Positions 19,020-27,798 of a stretch of 53,455 bases of DNA are shown piece after piece (position 1 is the first letter of the stretch; each line of letters opens with the position of its first letter). Origin of the DNA: an uncultured Candidatus Saccharibacteria bacterium (GTDB lineage: Bacteria > Patescibacteriota > Minisyncoccia > Phycocordibacterales > JACOZG01); NCBI GenBank assembly GCA_964546425.1, contig CAZJJW010000002.1, forward strand, positions 1 to 53,455, given 5' to 3'. The position numbers and the translations under genes are program-made. The notes beneath the pieces are model-generated. The model ran no database searches. It saw nothing but the letters and a program-made list of their open reading frames with translations, and was not told the DNA's origin.

Positions 19020-20282
19020 ATGAGCGTAATCATCGAAATAAAAAATATCTCTAAATGTTACTCAATCAATCGGTCAAATGAGTACTATACCGCCCTGCGC
19101 GATGTTCTAACGAATATCTTTAAGTCGCCATGGCGGTTTCTCTCAACTAAAGTTCGCGAAGTCGCCGGCTATAACAAGAAAGATATTTTTTGGGCATTAA
19201 AAAACATCAATTTCACGGTCGAGAAGGGTGAGATCGTCGGTATCATTGGTCCTAATGGCGCCGGCAAGTCTACTTTGCTTAAGATTCTCAATCGCATTAC
19301 CGAACCGACCTCGGGCGAAATAACAATTCACGGCAAGATATCATCATTGCTTGAAGTCGGTACCGGTTTTCATCCGGAGTTAACAGGTCGAGAAAACATA
19401 TTTTTCTCTGGAGCTATCTTGGGAATGAAACGGCGCGAGATTGTCCGCAAATTTAATGACATCGTTAAATTTGCCGAGATGGAGCAATTCATTGACACGC
19501 CAGTCAAACGTTATTCTTCCGGTATGCACGTGCGACTAGCCTTTTCGGTGGCTGTCCATATGGAGCCGGACATTCTTTTAATTGATGAGGTTTTGGCGGT
19601 GGGGGATATTAGCTTTCAGAAAAAATGCTTGGAGAAAATTCACGAAGTAGCAAGAAAAGACGACCGGACGATCATCTTTGTTAGCCATAATCTTGATGCG
19701 GTTCAGAATTTGTGCGAACGGTCCGTCTATCTAGAGCACGGCGAGGTAAAAAAGATCGGCCCAACCGACCAGGTGATAAAATCCTATCTCGATTGGCAGA
19801 TGATACTTGACCAAAAAGCCGTCCACGAATTTCCCCCGTTGCTAGGTAAGCCCTACCAGATTATCAAGGTGGTAATTAAAAATCAAGATGGAATGCCGCA
19901 GACTAATCTAGAGGCGGGGGAACCTTTTATGGTGGAAGTGACTTACAATACAAAAGTTGATGAGGCCACTTTTTGGCTTAACTTACAATGTGTCAATGAG
20001 CACGGTAACATTATTTTTTTCTCCCGCGATACCGACCGTAATCCAGAACTGATGACCCGACGCAGCAAGGGTCGCCATGTTTCCACTTTCACCTTCCCGG
20101 CAAATCAAAATGTCTCACTCAATAATGGGCGCTACTTTTTAACCATCCGAATCCACCAGGACCCAGATACTGAAGTTACGGTGCCGATTAAGATTGAGGA
20201 CACAAGGGGTCAATTCGGTGGCTTCCCTGGAGTGGTACTCGTCGGTCAAGCTTGGCATAATAACGAAAAATTATCACTATGA
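19020..20282 (+). CDS. wzt: Polysaccharide export ABC ATPase with C-terminal glycan-binding-type domain (Wzt/TagH family)
   Basis: Walker A GPNGAGKST, signature YSSGM, Walker B LLIDEVLAVGD. An extra ~160-aa beta-rich C-terminal domain follows, as in Wzt proteins that recognise chain-terminal residues. Confidence 0.85.
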   Translation: MSVIIEIKNISKCYSINRSNEYYTALRDVLTNIFKSPWRFLSTKVREVAGYNKKDIFWALKNINFTVEKGEIVGIIGPNGAGKSTLLKILNRITEPTSGEITIHGKISSLLEVGTGFHPELTGRENIFFSGAILGMKRREIVRKFNDIVKFAEMEQFIDTPVKRYSSGMHVRLAFSVAVHMEPDILLIDEVLAVGDISFQKKCLEKIHEVARKDDRTIIFVSHNLDAVQNLCERSVYLEHGEVKKIGPTDQVIKSYLDWQMILDQKAVHEFPPLLGKPYQIIKVVIKNQDGMPQTNLEAGEPFMVEVTYNTKVDEATFWLNLQCVNEHGNIIFFSRDTDRNPELMTRRSKGRHVSTFTFPANQNVSLNNGRYFLTIRIHQDPDTEVTVPIKIEDTRGQFGGFPGVVLVGQAWHNNEKLSL

Positions 20283-21043
20283 AAATCTTTGGTTTTGTCG
20301 CGGTCAGGACTTATTCCAGCAGATTGCCAGGCAAGATGCTCGCTACCATCCGGGGCAAAAGAGTAATCGAGCATGACATCGAGAGGGCCAAAACGATTGG
20401 TGGGCTTGATGGTTTGGTGGTTTGTACCTCGCTGGGAAAAGAAGACGATGTGTTAGAAGAAATTGCGAACAAGCAGGGGGTGTTTTGTTTTCGGGGTAGT
20501 CTCGAAGACAAACTAGCGAGATTCCTTGGGGCCGCGGACAAATTTGGAGCCGACTATTTTGTCAACATTGATGGCGATGACCCGTTTTGCGATCCGGACC
20601 TAGTGGAACAAGCAATCAGGCAGATCAAAGCAGAATCCTGTGATGTTATTAAGTCACCTGACGGTCTGGTTTGCGGCGCTTTCACCTTTTTAATCAGTGT
20701 GGCCGCGCTCCGCCAAGTTTGTGAGATGAAAAACACGACCGATACCGAAATGTACGAGGTTTATTTTTTAGAAAACGGTCGTTTCAATGTTAAGGACTTG
20801 AAGGTTACCGAGCCAATCTATTTTAACGACCGGGTACGTCTCACTCTTGACTACCAAGAAGATTTAGATTTTTTCAAGCGCGTTTTTGATGAATTGGAAA
20901 TGGACTCGAATACGTTACCCTTGCGCCAGATTATGACTTTGCTCAAACAAAAGCCGGAAATCGCCACCATCAACTTCTCCCGCCATAAGGATTATGTTGC
21001 TAAACGGGAGTTGATGCGTAAAAAGACCAAAATTAAAAATTAA
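20279..21043 (+). CDS. Cytidylyltransferase (SpsF/NeuA-like, acylneuraminate cytidylyltransferase family)
   Basis: N-terminal AVRTYSSRLPGKML (the R..S.RLP.K signature of this family). ATGA overlap with wzt. Confidence 0.7.
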   Translation: MKIFGFVAVRTYSSRLPGKMLATIRGKRVIEHDIERAKTIGGLDGLVVCTSLGKEDDVLEEIANKQGVFCFRGSLEDKLARFLGAADKFGADYFVNIDGDDPFCDPDLVEQAIRQIKAESCDVIKSPDGLVCGAFTFLISVAALRQVCEMKNTTDTEMYEVYFLENGRFNVKDLKVTEPIYFNDRVRLTLDYQEDLDFFKRVFDELEMDSNTLPLRQIMTLLKQKPEIATINFSRHKDYVAKRELMRKKTKIKN

Positions 21044-21044
21044 T

Positions 21045-22283
21045 ATGAAAAACAGTAATAGTTGGCGTTTTCGAGGCAATGAACTCAAATATGTTAAAGA
21101 GGTTTTAGATTCCGGTTTCGGTAGCTCAACGATTGGTACGATGAACCAGCGCTTTGAAGCGGCTTTTGCCAAACGTTTTGGCGTCAAGTATGCCGTGGTT
21201 TCCAACTCGGGCACGGCTACTCTCCATCAGGCCTTGGTGGCATTCGGGGTTGGGCCAGGAGATGAAGTCATTGTGCCAGCTCTCACGGTAGTGATGTGTG
21301 GTTATGCGGTCATCCACGCGGGGGCCAAGCCAGTCTTTGCCGATGTTTTGCCAGACACTTTCCTGATTGATCCGAAAGATATTGAACGGAAAATAACCAA
21401 GAAGACTAAAGCTGTCATGCCAGTTCACTTGTATGGTCAGGTCTGTGACATGGAAGCGATTATGAAGATTGCCAAAAAACACCACCTGTTTGTCGTGGAA
21501 GATTGCGCCCAGTGTTTCCTGGGTACTGATGGCCAAGGACAAATCGGCGGCACGATTGGCCATGTGGGCAGTTTCAGTCTGGAGAATTCCAAGCACATTT
21601 CGACCGGTGATGGTGGTATTTTAATCACCAATGATGAAACTTTGGCTGAACGGATGCGCAAATTTGGCGGCATGGGCTTCAAGAGCATTGGCGCAATCAG
21701 CGGCCAAGTTAAGAAGAACAAAGATGTTTTCCAAGATCCAAAATATTTGCGACACACGACCTTTGGCTTTAACTATCGTTTAAGTGCTATTTGTGGTGCG
21801 ATTGGTTTGGCCCAGGTTGAGAAAATTGACTATTTAGTTAAAAAGCGCCAAGCCATCGCCGCAAAATATCTCCTGGCTCTTCGTGGTTGTGATTGGCTCA
21901 TCCCTCAATACGTGCCGAAAGGTTATGCAAATACCTACTATACTTTTGCGGCGCGTTACGAAGGAGAACAGAAAAAAGGTGTCAGCTGGTATGACTTTCG
22001 CAAGAAGTTTATGGAATATGGTGGAGATGGTATTTATGCCGCTTGGGCGCTAGTCTACAATGAGCCCATCATGCGTTTAATTGACGAGAAAGGAGCCTTC
22101 TTCCCTGACTTGCCCGGCCAAGCTCGATCATTTAAGGGTTATCTGCCTAAAAATATCAACTGCCCGCAAGCCGAAAAATTACAGCCGCTCTTGATGCAAT
22201 TTACCGCCAATCAAGGGATTGAACAAGACATGAACGTACAGATGAATGCCCTCAAAAGAACAATCAAATTTTTCGGCCGATAA
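21045..22283 (+). CDS. DegT/DnrJ/EryC1/StrS-family PLP-dependent sugar aminotransferase
   Basis: VVSNSGTATLHQAL, HLYGQVCDM, FSLENSKHISTGDGG (Lys for PLP). Confidence 0.85.
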   Translation: MKNSNSWRFRGNELKYVKEVLDSGFGSSTIGTMNQRFEAAFAKRFGVKYAVVSNSGTATLHQALVAFGVGPGDEVIVPALTVVMCGYAVIHAGAKPVFADVLPDTFLIDPKDIERKITKKTKAVMPVHLYGQVCDMEAIMKIAKKHHLFVVEDCAQCFLGTDGQGQIGGTIGHVGSFSLENSKHISTGDGGILITNDETLAERMRKFGGMGFKSIGAISGQVKKNKDVFQDPKYLRHTTFGFNYRLSAICGAIGLAQVEKIDYLVKKRQAIAAKYLLALRGCDWLIPQYVPKGYANTYYTFAARYEGEQKKGVSWYDFRKKFMEYGGDGIYAAWALVYNEPIMRLIDEKGAFFPDLPGQARSFKGYLPKNINCPQAEKLQPLLMQFTANQGIEQDMNVQMNALKRTIKFFGR

Positions 22284-22312
22284 AAAATGCCCCGAAAGTT
22301 TCCTCTCGGGGC
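22282..22312 (-). terminator. Rho-independent terminator of the B-A1 unit
   Basis: Stem gccccga/tcggggc (22289-22312). On the minus strand it is followed by A+T6 (22282-22288). Lies 28 nt past the A1 stop; the T-run overlaps the DegT stop codon. Confidence 0.65.
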
Positions 22313-22340
22313 GTAAAAGAACAATTCCTCATTCCATAGG

Positions 22341-22667
22341 TTAGGCATGGGTCGTCTTGCGAGGCCGGCGGTGACGCGGCCGACCCTTCGTGACCTTTCG
22401 CGACGGTGGCACAATGAACGCCGCAGGGTTGATTGGTCGACCGAGCAACCTGCCAGCCTCCTGGAGACCACTTTCGTACTCGCCCATTTGAACCGTAAAC
22501 TTAAGGGTGGCCGACACTTCGGGCAACTCCTCCTTGATGCGCAGTAGCAAAGACACAAGGTAGGCTTCCGGATCAGCCTTGACCCTTTTCACCAGCTCGT
22601 CGGTTGAGTACCGCGATGACAATCTGAACACCTCCGCGACCAGCTTGCCAATGGCGGGTTCCAACAT
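22341..22667 (-). CDS. Uncharacterised small protein A1 (108 aa), paralogue of 28017..28310
   Basis: Strong RBS GAAAGGAGAG (22680-22671) 3 nt before the ATG. Shares DPEAYLVS.L.RIKE.LP.VS.TL with A2. Pro/Arg/Lys-rich C-terminal tail. No family recognised. Confidence 0.7.
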   Translation of the reverse strand: MLEPAIGKLVAEVFRLSSRYSTDELVKRVKADPEAYLVSLLLRIKEELPEVSATLKFTVQMGEYESGLQEAGRLLGRPINPAAFIVPPSRKVTKGRPRHRRPRKTTHA

Positions 22668-22685
22668 ATGCTCTCCTTTCGGATT

Positions 22686-23333
22686 TTAGGATAAGAAACT
22701 CGGATTGTTCGCCGCGCGGCGAATCACATTGAGATGCTGCTCGAAAATACTGGTGACCCAGATTTCCTCCTCGTAGAGCTCCTCGGCCAAGACATTCTCG
22801 GCGAACTGCCGAACCAAGTAGCCGAAGACGAACAAGGCCCGGTCGTCAAACCATTGATGAAGTTCCTGGAGAACCGGGCGGTAATATTGTTCGACGAAAG
22901 CTTGTTTCTTTGCGGGCCAGGGCGCCTGACTTGCCAGAAACAGCTTTTCTTCTGGTTTGGACCAGAGCTTGCGCTCATTGATTAAAGTGTGCCGGCGAAT
23001 CGCCCAAAAGATCAGACAGCGCAGAACATCGAGACAATCCGCGGCGCGAGCTACTTCCTCGAACGCACTTTTGAACCGAAACATAATCCGGACGACTTGA
23101 GTAGCCTCCTCGTACATTTTGCCCTGCTTGTCGAAGAACACTCCATCGACGCTGTACATTGACCAGCCTCCGAAGGGCGATTTATACATGTCGATACGTG
23201 CCAGCGCCTCTTCGACCGAGGGCAGGGTATGTCGGCGATGCAGACGGGTGTAATCTTGAGGGTCAAAGAGCGCTGGATAGATTCTGAATTCCTCCATGAA
23301 AGGCTCGATATATTTCCTCACATACTTCTTCAC
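22686..23333 (-). CDS. Uncharacterised protein B (215 aa)
   Basis: ORF with GTG start. The N-terminal region is homologous to the remnant at 27799..27986, and the homology continues upstream of the GTG. No motif recognised. Confidence 0.6.
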   Translation of the reverse strand: MKKYVRKYIEPFMEEFRIYPALFDPQDYTRLHRRHTLPSVEEALARIDMYKSPFGGWSMYSVDGVFFDKQGKMYEEATQVVRIMFRFKSAFEEVARAADCLDVLRCLIFWAIRRHTLINERKLWSKPEEKLFLASQAPWPAKKQAFVEQYYRPVLQELHQWFDDRALFVFGYLVRQFAENVLAEELYEEEIWVTSIFEQHLNVIRRAANNPSFLS

Positions 23334-23395
23334 GGGCTCTTCGTTGTGGCCAAAACGCAGGGCATCGAAAATCGTGCCCTGATGAGCCCTCGCTA

Positions 23396-23424
23396 TTTAT
23401 ACACTAATGTTGCAAATAAAGCAA
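23396..23424 (-). promoter_or_regulatory. Candidate sigma70-like promoter of the B-A1 unit
   Basis: Minus strand TTGCTT (23424-23419), 17-nt spacer, TATAAA (23401-23396), immediately downstream of the rSAM terminator. Confidence 0.4.
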
Positions 23425-23444
23425 GGCAGGGGAAGTTGGATAAG

Positions 23445-23478
23445 ATAAAAAGACACCACCCAATCCGTTGGGTGGTGT
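23445..23478 (-). terminator. Rho-independent terminator of the radical-SAM gene
   Basis: 11-bp stem acaccacccaa/ttgggtggtgt with loop tccg (23453-23478), followed on the minus strand by CTTTTTAT. Confidence 0.7.
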
Positions 23479-23499
23479 GTGGTATTGAACCAAAGAGCT

Positions 23500-25155
23500 C
23501 TACATATCGAGAATCCCTTCGATATTTCCTCGGTCGACATGCTCGCGAGCCTGGAGGAACTGATCTTCCGACATCGCCCCGAAGTTGAGCGGTCGGCCGT
23601 CACGGTCGTGCATCACTTTGGTAGCATCGTCGAGCTCAAGGACATAATCGAGCATGGCGTTATCAGCCACCGGGCTGCCGCAGGCATCGAAGGAGAGACC
23701 GAAATTGGCCCGAAGTTGTTGCTGAACTCGGGGAGCTCGCAACGCCTCGGTGCCGGGATAGGCAGTGAAGACGAAGATCTTCTGGTTGACTGCCTCTCTC
23801 GACGTAGCCGTCTCCATTTGCCAGAGGATGAAGCCGACAGTCGTCTTCAAATCCTCCAGGCGCTCACCCGGATAGGCCATAATCCAGGTGCAGTTGCCGT
23901 GAATGCCGGCGGCCTGACAGTTTTGGATCCCCTTCACCATGGTGGTGGGGAAGTCGAAGCCATTAATGCGGCTTAGCTGGTTTGTCTTGCTACCTCGCGG
24001 CCTCAAGATGAAACCACCCTTGCCCATTTCTTCGAGCACATGCTCTGAAGCACTCTCGGCGCCGAAGCCGATATAGATGCAACCGGCCTTGGCCATGTCG
24101 AAGACTCGATCGTCTGACGCCTCATCGAGGCGAGTGTGGGTGCCCCAACGTAAACCGCCAAGCGGCTTGAATGCCTCCGGCAAACAAGCGATGTGTGTGG
24201 GGTTGACCGCGAAGTTGTCATCAACGAAACCAAGGAAATCAATCCCGTAGCGTCGTTGTAGCCAGGACGCTTCCTCGGCCAACTTCTCCGGCGATCGGAG
24301 ATCGTACAGGCGACTACCGGTGGCTCCCCGATGACAGAACTTGCAAGCATAGGGGCAACCCCAGGTGGCGACGGTGTTCATGCTTCGGGTCATCTGGAAT
24401 GGCGTAGCCGAACTGTTGTTGGCCGCCAAGCCCCAGATGGGGACTTGGATATACTGCTCCAGAATCGAGTTGCCGAGTACATCCTGATGTAACAGGTCCC
24501 AAGCCGGAAAAGGTAGGATATCCAAATCCGGCGGTCGACTGCCTTCATATAAGAAGCGCAGACGACCGTTCTGTTCGCCCAAGCATTGAGGCAGGTGCGA
24601 CATGTCGCGGTGCTGATGAAGCCTGGCTTCGAGGACATCCTTGCCCAAGAGCAAGATCACGTCGTCACCTTCCGAACGAACTACGGCATCAAGTTCCGGG
24701 ATCCAATTGAAGAGTCCCGTTTTGATATCGGTGGCTAAGCCCCCGCCACTAATGATGAAAGCGTCGGGGACCAACTGGCGGCAGGTACTGACCACGAACT
24801 GTTGCCACCGCAGAGTGGTGATCATCCCCGAGAGGGCGATGATATCCGGCTCGCCGTGCTGGTTGATGTGCCGTTCCAACAGGGAGCTGGTCTCATCATA
24901 GGTCAACCAGCGACCGTTGGGTTTATCTTTGACGGCCTCGTCCTCTAGGCGATATGCGTTGAGGTCAAGGATGCTGACTTCGGCGCCGTACATTCGAGTG
25001 CGAGATGCCAAGAGCCCTGGGCCCAGCGGGGCATTATTGGGTTTGGCCGACTCGCGGAGCGGCATATTGAGGTAGAGGATTTTTAAACCCTCCAGCGCGT
25101 GATAATCAAGCGCTGACACGACGTCGACAGGCATTACTGCTAGGGTACTAGTCAT
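23500..25155 (-). CDS. B12-binding-domain radical SAM enzyme (class B)
   Basis: N-terminal cobalamin-binding-like Rossmann layout (DIIALSGMITTLRWQQF...FIISGGGLAT), then the cluster motif WGCPYACKFCH (CxxxCxxC). SD AGGAG lies 7 nt before the ATG. Confidence 0.85.
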   Translation of the reverse strand: MTSTLAVMPVDVVSALDYHALEGLKILYLNMPLRESAKPNNAPLGPGLLASRTRMYGAEVSILDLNAYRLEDEAVKDKPNGRWLTYDETSSLLERHINQHGEPDIIALSGMITTLRWQQFVVSTCRQLVPDAFIISGGGLATDIKTGLFNWIPELDAVVRSEGDDVILLLGKDVLEARLHQHRDMSHLPQCLGEQNGRLRFLYEGSRPPDLDILPFPAWDLLHQDVLGNSILEQYIQVPIWGLAANNSSATPFQMTRSMNTVATWGCPYACKFCHRGATGSRLYDLRSPEKLAEEASWLQRRYGIDFLGFVDDNFAVNPTHIACLPEAFKPLGGLRWGTHTRLDEASDDRVFDMAKAGCIYIGFGAESASEHVLEEMGKGGFILRPRGSKTNQLSRINGFDFPTTMVKGIQNCQAAGIHGNCTWIMAYPGERLEDLKTTVGFILWQMETATSREAVNQKIFVFTAYPGTEALRAPRVQQQLRANFGLSFDACGSPVADNAMLDYVLELDDATKVMHDRDGRPLNFGAMSEDQFLQAREHVDRGNIEGILDM

Positions 25156-25243
25156 CCGATTTCTCCTATGTTATATTGACCGAATGAGATTCTGTTTCAA
25201 AGAACACTATTCCCATTATACTATAACTTAGTACGAAAATCAA

Positions 25244-25933
25244 ATGTTACCAAAAAAGCGGCTAGTAATTACCGGTAGTGAAGGTTTAATTGGTACCAAA
25301 CTGGTAGAGTATTTTAGCCCACACTATGAGGTTTTACGTCTTGATTTACAATTAGGCCATGATTTTACTGATGAGCCGTTCGTGGCCCAGTGGTTTAAGG
25401 AGAACCGCAATCTTTATGGCATTATCATTTGCCACGCCCATAATCCAATTGCTGCCGCTAACACCAGCAAAATTGAGCCGATCGATATGCCGCTTGAGGA
25501 GTTGCGGGATTTTCTCGAAGTTAATACCGTGAGCGCTTTCAATGTTTGCCGCCATTTCATTAAAAATAATAAAACTGGGGTAATTATAAATATCAGTTCT
25601 CTCTACGGTTCAGTCTCACCCAAGCATATGCTCTACACCGATTTTACCAAACCGATTGGTTACTCAATTTCTAAAGCTGGTGTCGTGATTATGTCTAAGT
25701 ATCTGGCAACATATTATGCTCCCGACATCAGGATTAACACGGTGGTGCTCGGGGGGGTTGCTGGCCGGGTTTATGATCAGGGCTTTGTCGATAAATATTC
25801 CGCCCACACCCCGATGAAGCGTTTGATGAATCTTGACGAGGTACCGCCAGTATTTGAATTTTTGTTGAATGAGAAATCCTCCTATGTTACCGGTGCCGAA
25901 TTCTACGTTGATGGTGGTTGGACCGCGTGGTAA
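25244..25933 (+). CDS. Short-chain dehydrogenase/reductase (classical SDR)
   Basis: VITGSEGLIG cofactor motif, catalytic YSISKAG (YxxxK), NISS. Confidence 0.85.
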   Translation: MLPKKRLVITGSEGLIGTKLVEYFSPHYEVLRLDLQLGHDFTDEPFVAQWFKENRNLYGIIICHAHNPIAAANTSKIEPIDMPLEELRDFLEVNTVSAFNVCRHFIKNNKTGVIINISSLYGSVSPKHMLYTDFTKPIGYSISKAGVVIMSKYLATYYAPDIRINTVVLGGVAGRVYDQGFVDKYSAHTPMKRLMNLDEVPPVFEFLLNEKSSYVTGAEFYVDGGWTAW

Positions 25934-25936
25934 TAA

Positions 25937-26515
25937 TTAGGCGGGCGGGAAGTCGTTTTCGTTAATGCCGCGGGCATCAAGTACCATCTCGGCAAACTCG
26001 CGGATGGCGCCAAAGCCGCCGGGTCGCTTGGTGATAATGTGGGCCAGCGGTCTGACTGTCCGGGTGGCATTGGCGGGGCAAACGATAATTCCTTCATTTT
26101 GGATGGCGAGCATGGCGTCACGGTCGTTGATATCATCACCCATGTAAATGGTGTCGACAAAAGTTAGCTTATTTTCGGCTAGCCATGATCTAATGGTTTC
26201 CAGTTTTGCCCCCTTGCCCCCCTGTTTGGTGAATAATTCTACCTTCGGCCAACGCCCACTTTTGGCGGATGTTAAAGTGTTGAATCGGTCAACGATGCCG
26301 CCCAACGGCTCACCCTCACCAGAAACAAAAACGATTTTTATGCCGATTTCGCGGAGGAAGGAGATTCCTTGTCCGTCTTGATGACCGCGCGATTTCGAGA
26401 TGATCACCGCGCCATCGGCTAGCGTTGAGCGAGTTTCTTGTCCGTCAAAGAAGACGCCGTCGGCATCGAGAAACAAAACTTTAAAGTTTTTCAGTTTTTC
26501 CTGGATATTTTGCAT
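25937..26515 (-). CDS. KdsC-family HAD phosphatase (ulosonate-phosphate phosphatase-like)
   Basis: FLDADGVFFDG (DxDGxxxD) and GDDINDRDAM. Start placed at ATG 26515 (MQNIQEKLKNFKVLFLD), because the track's TTG 26545 lies inside the upstream terminator T-run. Confidence 0.8.
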   Translation of the reverse strand: MQNIQEKLKNFKVLFLDADGVFFDGQETRSTLADGAVIISKSRGHQDGQGISFLREIGIKIVFVSGEGEPLGGIVDRFNTLTSAKSGRWPKVELFTKQGGKGAKLETIRSWLAENKLTFVDTIYMGDDINDRDAMLAIQNEGIIVCPANATRTVRPLAHIITKRPGGFGAIREFAEMVLDARGINENDFPPA

Positions 26516-26540
26516 CGTCTTATTATCGCTAAAAAATTGA

Positions 26541-26577
26541 AACAAGAAAAGCCCCAGGCGACTTGTCGCCTGGGGCT
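26541..26577 (-). terminator. Rho-independent terminator of gene C
   Basis: 10-bp stem gccccaggcg/cgcctggggc (26551-26576), followed on the minus strand by TTTTCTTGTT. Confidence 0.7.
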
Positions 26578-26601
26578 ACTGAATTTCTCTTGCTCCATCA
26601 G

Positions 26602-27651
26602 CTATTTCTCAACCAGACCATGGATGGCTTCGGCGCCCGCCTCCGGTCGGAATTTGGCGCTGGCTGCCCAGCGCCGACTGTTCTTGTCATACCGCTCCCA
26701 ATCCAGCCAACTGAGATGTTCGGGCTCAGTGAGGCGGGGGATTACACCCATAGCAACAAGCGGGTAAGCGCTTAACCCGCATTCTTCTTGATAGAGTCGT
26801 TTTGCCATCGGCCCCCAGACCGAGATTGCTCGCCGGCCATGATGAAGCGCGATCCGGAGTGGCGTCGTGAAGGCGCCGACGGTGATATCGCACATTCGGG
26901 CCAAAGCGTCAGTGCCCAGTTGTCCGCGATGAGTAAAGGACAAGCCCTCAGTCAATCGGGCAAACTCGGGTAGGACATGGGCATACTGCGGGTATTGGTC
27001 CGCGTCGGCATACTTGGGGTGCCAGAGGCTGTAGTAACAGACGAACTGACTCGGATCATTCTCGAGCCGTAGGCTGTTTGCCACCAGTCTGACTATTTCG
27101 AGCACGTTGTCTGGGTGATCCGGGACCACCATGATTGAGGTTTTACCAGCCGTAGCCGTATCGAAGGCCGCCAAGGCCTCTTTAGCCGTAGCGGGTACGC
27201 TGGTGTCCACTGTCGAGGCAATGTCGCCAACAATGGCACGCCGCCGGGCGATATTTACGGTCATCATGAAGTCGTCCATCACCAGCGTCAGATTGGGGAC
27301 GAAGCCTTGAAGCCGCGACAAGGCATTCCAGGTATCTTCGCAAGTCACGACTGGGATTTCGAGCGCCCGGGCAGTCCCAGCGAAATCGAGTTCCCAGTTG
27401 ATCGGGGAAGAGCAGCCGACGACTACCACCTGTGGGCGTTCTGTAACCACCACAGATGGGCGTTGTGGTTGGAGTTGATCACTGCCACGGACAATGATGG
27501 TCAGGCCGGATTCCTCCGCCAAACCTATCGCTTTGCCCTCGACAGCCAACTTCACCTCGTGGCCCTGTTCGGCCAGGAATTTGAGTACCGGCAGGCCTAT
27601 CTTGGCCGCCATAATGTCTCGGAAGACACCCAGAACCTTAATTCGTTCCAC
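26602..27651 (-). CDS. Uncharacterised protein C (349 aa), probably GT-B fold (WecB/NeuC-like N-terminal pattern)
   Basis: GTG start preceded by GGAAAGGCGG. IKVLGVFRDIMAAKIGLPVLKFL resembles [18 protein letters not shown] of UDP-GlcNAc 2-epimerases, but the catalytic boxes are not conserved. The N-terminus is duplicated at 28436..28567. Confidence 0.5.
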   Translation of the reverse strand: MERIKVLGVFRDIMAAKIGLPVLKFLAEQGHEVKLAVEGKAIGLAEESGLTIIVRGSDQLQPQRPSVVVTERPQVVVVGCSSPINWELDFAGTARALEIPVVTCEDTWNALSRLQGFVPNLTLVMDDFMMTVNIARRRAIVGDIASTVDTSVPATAKEALAAFDTATAGKTSIMVVPDHPDNVLEIVRLVANSLRLENDPSQFVCYYSLWHPKYADADQYPQYAHVLPEFARLTEGLSFTHRGQLGTDALARMCDITVGAFTTPLRIALHHGRRAISVWGPMAKRLYQEECGLSAYPLVAMGVIPRLTEPEHLSWLDWERYDKNSRRWAASAKFRPEAGAEAIHGLVEK

Positions 27652-27798
27652 TACCGCACCGCCTTTCCAGATAAAAAGAACTGATTAGAGCCGACACTAA
27701 CCGTAGCATTTTAAGTCTAAGTTGTCAATTGACGTTCAATTATTTTTCTGCTACAACTGGACCTGATTTAGACCTTTCACAATATAAGGAGATCAGGT

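Noticed and set aside
25156-25243. Cobalamin riboswitch upstream of the B12-rSAM gene
   Set aside because: The whole divergent intergenic region is 88 nt and must also hold two promoters. That is too short for a ~200-nt B12 riboswitch, and no B12-box-like sequence was seen.
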